Source of the DNA: Callorhinchus milii
Taxonomy: Eukaryota
Reading direction: 5' to 3'
Assembly: GCF_018977255.1 (NCBI RefSeq)
Contig: NW_024704743.1
Coordinates: 13,766,001 to 13,830,000, forward strand
Length of the DNA: 64,000 bases
Within the stretch, counting starts at the first letter, position 1. Each line of letters opens with the position of its first letter. Made by a program: the position numbers and the translations under genes. Below, in pieces: positions 61,011-64,000 of this stretch. The notes beneath the pieces are model-generated. The model was given only the letters and a program-made list of their open reading frames with translations, was not told the origin of the DNA and did not search any database.

Positions 61011-61957
61011 GTATGGACCCGAAGCACCTCATTATAATCAAGCTTCTGAGATGACCCGATACTGTCAAGCTCGTGCTCCAGTAAACATCAGGAACACAGC
61101 TTTCAAATTAAGATTGAATTTAAGAATGCCCCACAGTTCTGAACAATGTTAAATTTCATGACAAGATGGTTTTACAGGCTGAGACTAGGTGGAATGCCTG
61201 GCCACCAAGCCACAGCAGCGATAAATTAAGAGCTGTCCGAGTAGTGTCGAGCTGAGATCCAATTACTGTGATACAGGGGAAACTCAGTCAGCAAGGTTCA
61301 GTCATTTCCATTAAAAGTCAAACTCTGGTAATGTTAAACCATTTCTAGTTCTTCTCCTGAGAATGAAAATAGGTTAAAATTAACATTAAAAAGCACCCTG
61401 ACACAGAAATAGACATGCAAATCATATCCTGCAAACAAATGTTCCAGTGGAACACAATAAGTCTGATGTCCAAACCATCAGCCCTGTTCAAAATGATTCA
61501 AACACCTGCTGTGGACTTAACATGAAAGTGTTCCCTTGGCCAAGTTGCTACAGTTGAATGAAGCATATGTCATGACCAGCACAAGCATAATGCTAAATAT
61601 CTTCTCAAGTGAGACAAACCACATAGCTCCTGAGTGACAAAGTCAAGCATGCTGAGACTTAGCACAGCCTTGATGATGGCATATTCTTATCTTAAATGAA
61701 AAAACTATAATTCTGACATGCTGAGCAGATTTCAATTGATTTCAAAGCAGTTATTTGGAGCTATATACGTTTTCTATTCTGTGAGGGCCTGCTGACTGAC
61801 TGCATTGCAACCATCCCTTAATCTCTGGTTACTTTACCCATTTGGCTAAGCACCCAACGTAACGTTACTAAAAAAGTTGCAGAGTCACAGGGAAAATGCT
61901 TTGGCCACACGAGTCAACATGAATCTGAAACTTTAAATGCTTGCCTACAATTAACAT

Positions 61958-62100
61958 CATTTGTGGGACACTGCTGTGCGTAATTGGCTGCCGGGTTTCG
62001 CCTACAAAATATACGATCAATTCACTTTACCATATATTCTTTGAGACATCTCGAAGACGTGATAAGGTGCTATATCAAATGCAAAGATTATTAGTATTAT
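61958..62100 (+). mobile_element. 5'-truncated tRNA-Ala SINE
   Basis: TTTGTGGGACACTGCTGTGCG...GAGACATCTCGAAGACGTGATAAGGTGCTATATCAAATGC. Confidence 0.8.
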
Positions 62101-62292
62101 TTGCTGTCGAATGGTAACAAAGCCAAGAATCGGACTTCATTTGTGCCACTAACCTGATTAGTTTTGGTGGTTTACTTTAGATTGAAGGACGAAAGGACTA
62201 AACAAAACCTTTTGATCTTCAATACATTTTCTACCACTCTAGAGGTCCAGATTTTAACAAAAGTATGCCAGGCGGGTGGTATATTATTTGAT

Positions 62293-62528
62293 GTTCCCAT
62301 GGCACTATTTGAAAAGTGATGGAAAGTTTTTCCCAGTTTCCTGGCCAACAATCTCCCAAATAAAATTGGTCATTCACGTCATGGCTATTTGTGGGACATT
62401 GATGTGTTCAAATTGGATGCCGTGTTCATCCAAAAAACAGTCACACCACTTTATAGTATATCCTGTGAAGCGCTTTGGGATATCCTCCTGACGGGAAAGG
62501 TGCTATACCAAATGCAAGAATTATTATA
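62293..62528 (+). mobile_element. DeuSINE 3' half
   Basis: CCCATGGCACTATTTGAAAAG...CCTGGCCAACAATCTCCC...GCGCTTTGGGATATCCTCCTGACGGGAAAGGTGCTATACC. Confidence 0.75.
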
Positions 62529-62799
62529 TTTTACTGTCAGTCTTTCATCACTGTAATGTCAATATCAATGTTCATTGTCCTACCCATTAGCAGTTCAGAA
62601 CCATTACACCAGGGATCCAGGAAGGAGTAAGGAGGGGTAGGGGTGTCGGGGTCTGTAGTGAAGATATCCAATGCCCGTACTCAATGTTCCTCTCAACGCC
62701 ATTCCTGTCTCCAAAAACAAGCAAATTCCTCAACTTCCTCCACTTAGCCAGATTCCGAGTCTCATTCATAACCTCAGATCCAAGGTTTGAACCTTAATA

Positions 62800-63345
62800 A
62801 GACCAAACCCTTTTATCCCCGTTTTTAACAATGTATAAAAAAAGTAGCTACTTGGCTCTTGAAGCCCCTTCCATCCCCATACAGCATTTGATAATCTGTG
62901 TACACTGTGTACACTTGCCCTGCTCCACTTCAATCGCTTTAATTTGTCTAGCTCTTTTCAAAGATTAAGTCAAAATGATATGGCTTGCTTTTGCTGACTT
63001 TCTTGTCTGAGGGTAGTTCTTTAATTTCTCATCTTCAGTCAGCGATGAGTTGGCACTCTGAATTCCTTTTCCCTCTTGTTAATAAACAGCCTTACAAGTG
63101 CACACATTTTATGTTCCCTGTTCCAATGGGCTTATATTATCCATTGTTAACTTCTCCATTTAATTAATCTGAATCATTTTTAATGGCACCGATCACCCTT
63201 GATCTAGTCAACTGATCATTTTTCTTGGTCTCATCAGTGAATTGCAAAGTGTTATTAGAAATGCTCTCCTTTATATTGTTTATGAACAGTAAACAGCAAG
63301 GGAACCAGAACAGACCCCTGTGAAACTGCACTAGTCACTGCCAGA
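62800..63345 (-). mobile_element. Degenerate CR1 RT fragment
   Basis: AVTSAVSQGSVLVPLLF (QGSVL motif) in ORF 63255; decayed downstream RT sequence. Confidence 0.65.
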
Positions 63346-63525
63346 CAGAGTGACAGCGAGAGAGAGTGAGAGACAGTGACGGAGAGAGTCTGCAATCTTG
63401 ACAGCAAGAGACCATGACAGCGAGAGACAGTGAAATTCGACAGCAAGAGACAGACAGTGACAGCAAGAGCAAGACTCAGTGATGGACATAGACTGTGAAA
63501 GAAAGTGAGAGACAGCAAGAGAGCA
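63340..63525 (+). repeat. GACA/GAGA-rich low-complexity repeat
   Basis: Repeated GACAGCAAGAGA and GAGACAGTGA units. Confidence 0.8.
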
Positions 63526-64000
63526 AGAAACAGAACGCGTTTTCCATTCCACATTTTTATGCTTTTGATAACTAAGACTGCTTTCAGTTGAGGTGGCTCA
63601 TGTTTCACTTTAATTTTCAAGTTTATTCTTCTTTTAAAAGCTTCAGAAGAAAACTTCATCAAATGCGTTCTGAAAAAAANCTGAATTCTATTCACTGGAT
63701 GCCTCTAGTTCGCTAACAGTTAGGTTGTTAAAAGGATTCCAGTGCACCAAAGAATTGTGAGAAGATTTTTCCATTTTCTAAGCCTTTGGTTCCATGCTAT
63801 TTCTTCTATTTTCCTTTAATTCCCCCTCTCACTCATTTCCTCACTCCTTGGCAGTTCGTAGCTACCTGTGCATTATGTGACTCCCTCTCTTGCTCCTGGC
63901 AACCTGATTTCACACGTTTTCCCTTTTAGGGCAGGGCTGAGAGAACACAAAACACCATCCAAATACCGAGACACCGGACGTAACCCACAAAATTCTGGAG

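Larger units (their letters stand above)
20974..64000 (-). other. ITGA9: Large ITGA9 intron (>43 kb, upstream of the 153-bp exon; continues beyond the window)
   Basis: I found no sequence resembling the preceding ITGA9 exon by eye; the region is repeats plus unique non-coding DNA. Confidence 0.7.

Overview
Vertebrate genomic DNA, not a prokaryotic region. The repeat landscape (DeuSINEs, a tRNA-Ala SINE, L2 and CR1 LINE fragments) points to a cartilaginous fish, probably a chimaera; this assignment is an inference. The window lies inside an integrin alpha-9 (ITGA9) gene on the minus strand. Three coding exons are visible with canonical AG/GT ends and compatible phases: 20821-20973, 10627-10703 and 477-627, matching human exons 16-18 (thigh end, genu, start of calf-1). 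The 43 kb from 20974 to 64000 appears to be one large intron. Almost all other ORF-track entries are LINE/SINE debris or chance ORFs. I found no new protein-coding system. The most interesting signals are non-coding: (i) an apparent templated copy of ~170 bp from 32.6 kb into a SINE at 14.7 kb, with a sharp identity step; (ii) several fold-back palindromes, including a perfect 33-bp-arm hairpin ~185 nt upstream of an ITGA9 exon; (iii) an unidentified retroposon-like family with an A-rich end, 7 fragments; (iv) a modular tRNA-Ala SINE in long and short forms; (v) compensatory changes in the 3' stem-loop shared by L2 LINEs and SINEs. Repeat boundaries are read by eye (about +/-20 bp). Family names and human comparisons come from recalled sequences, not database searches.
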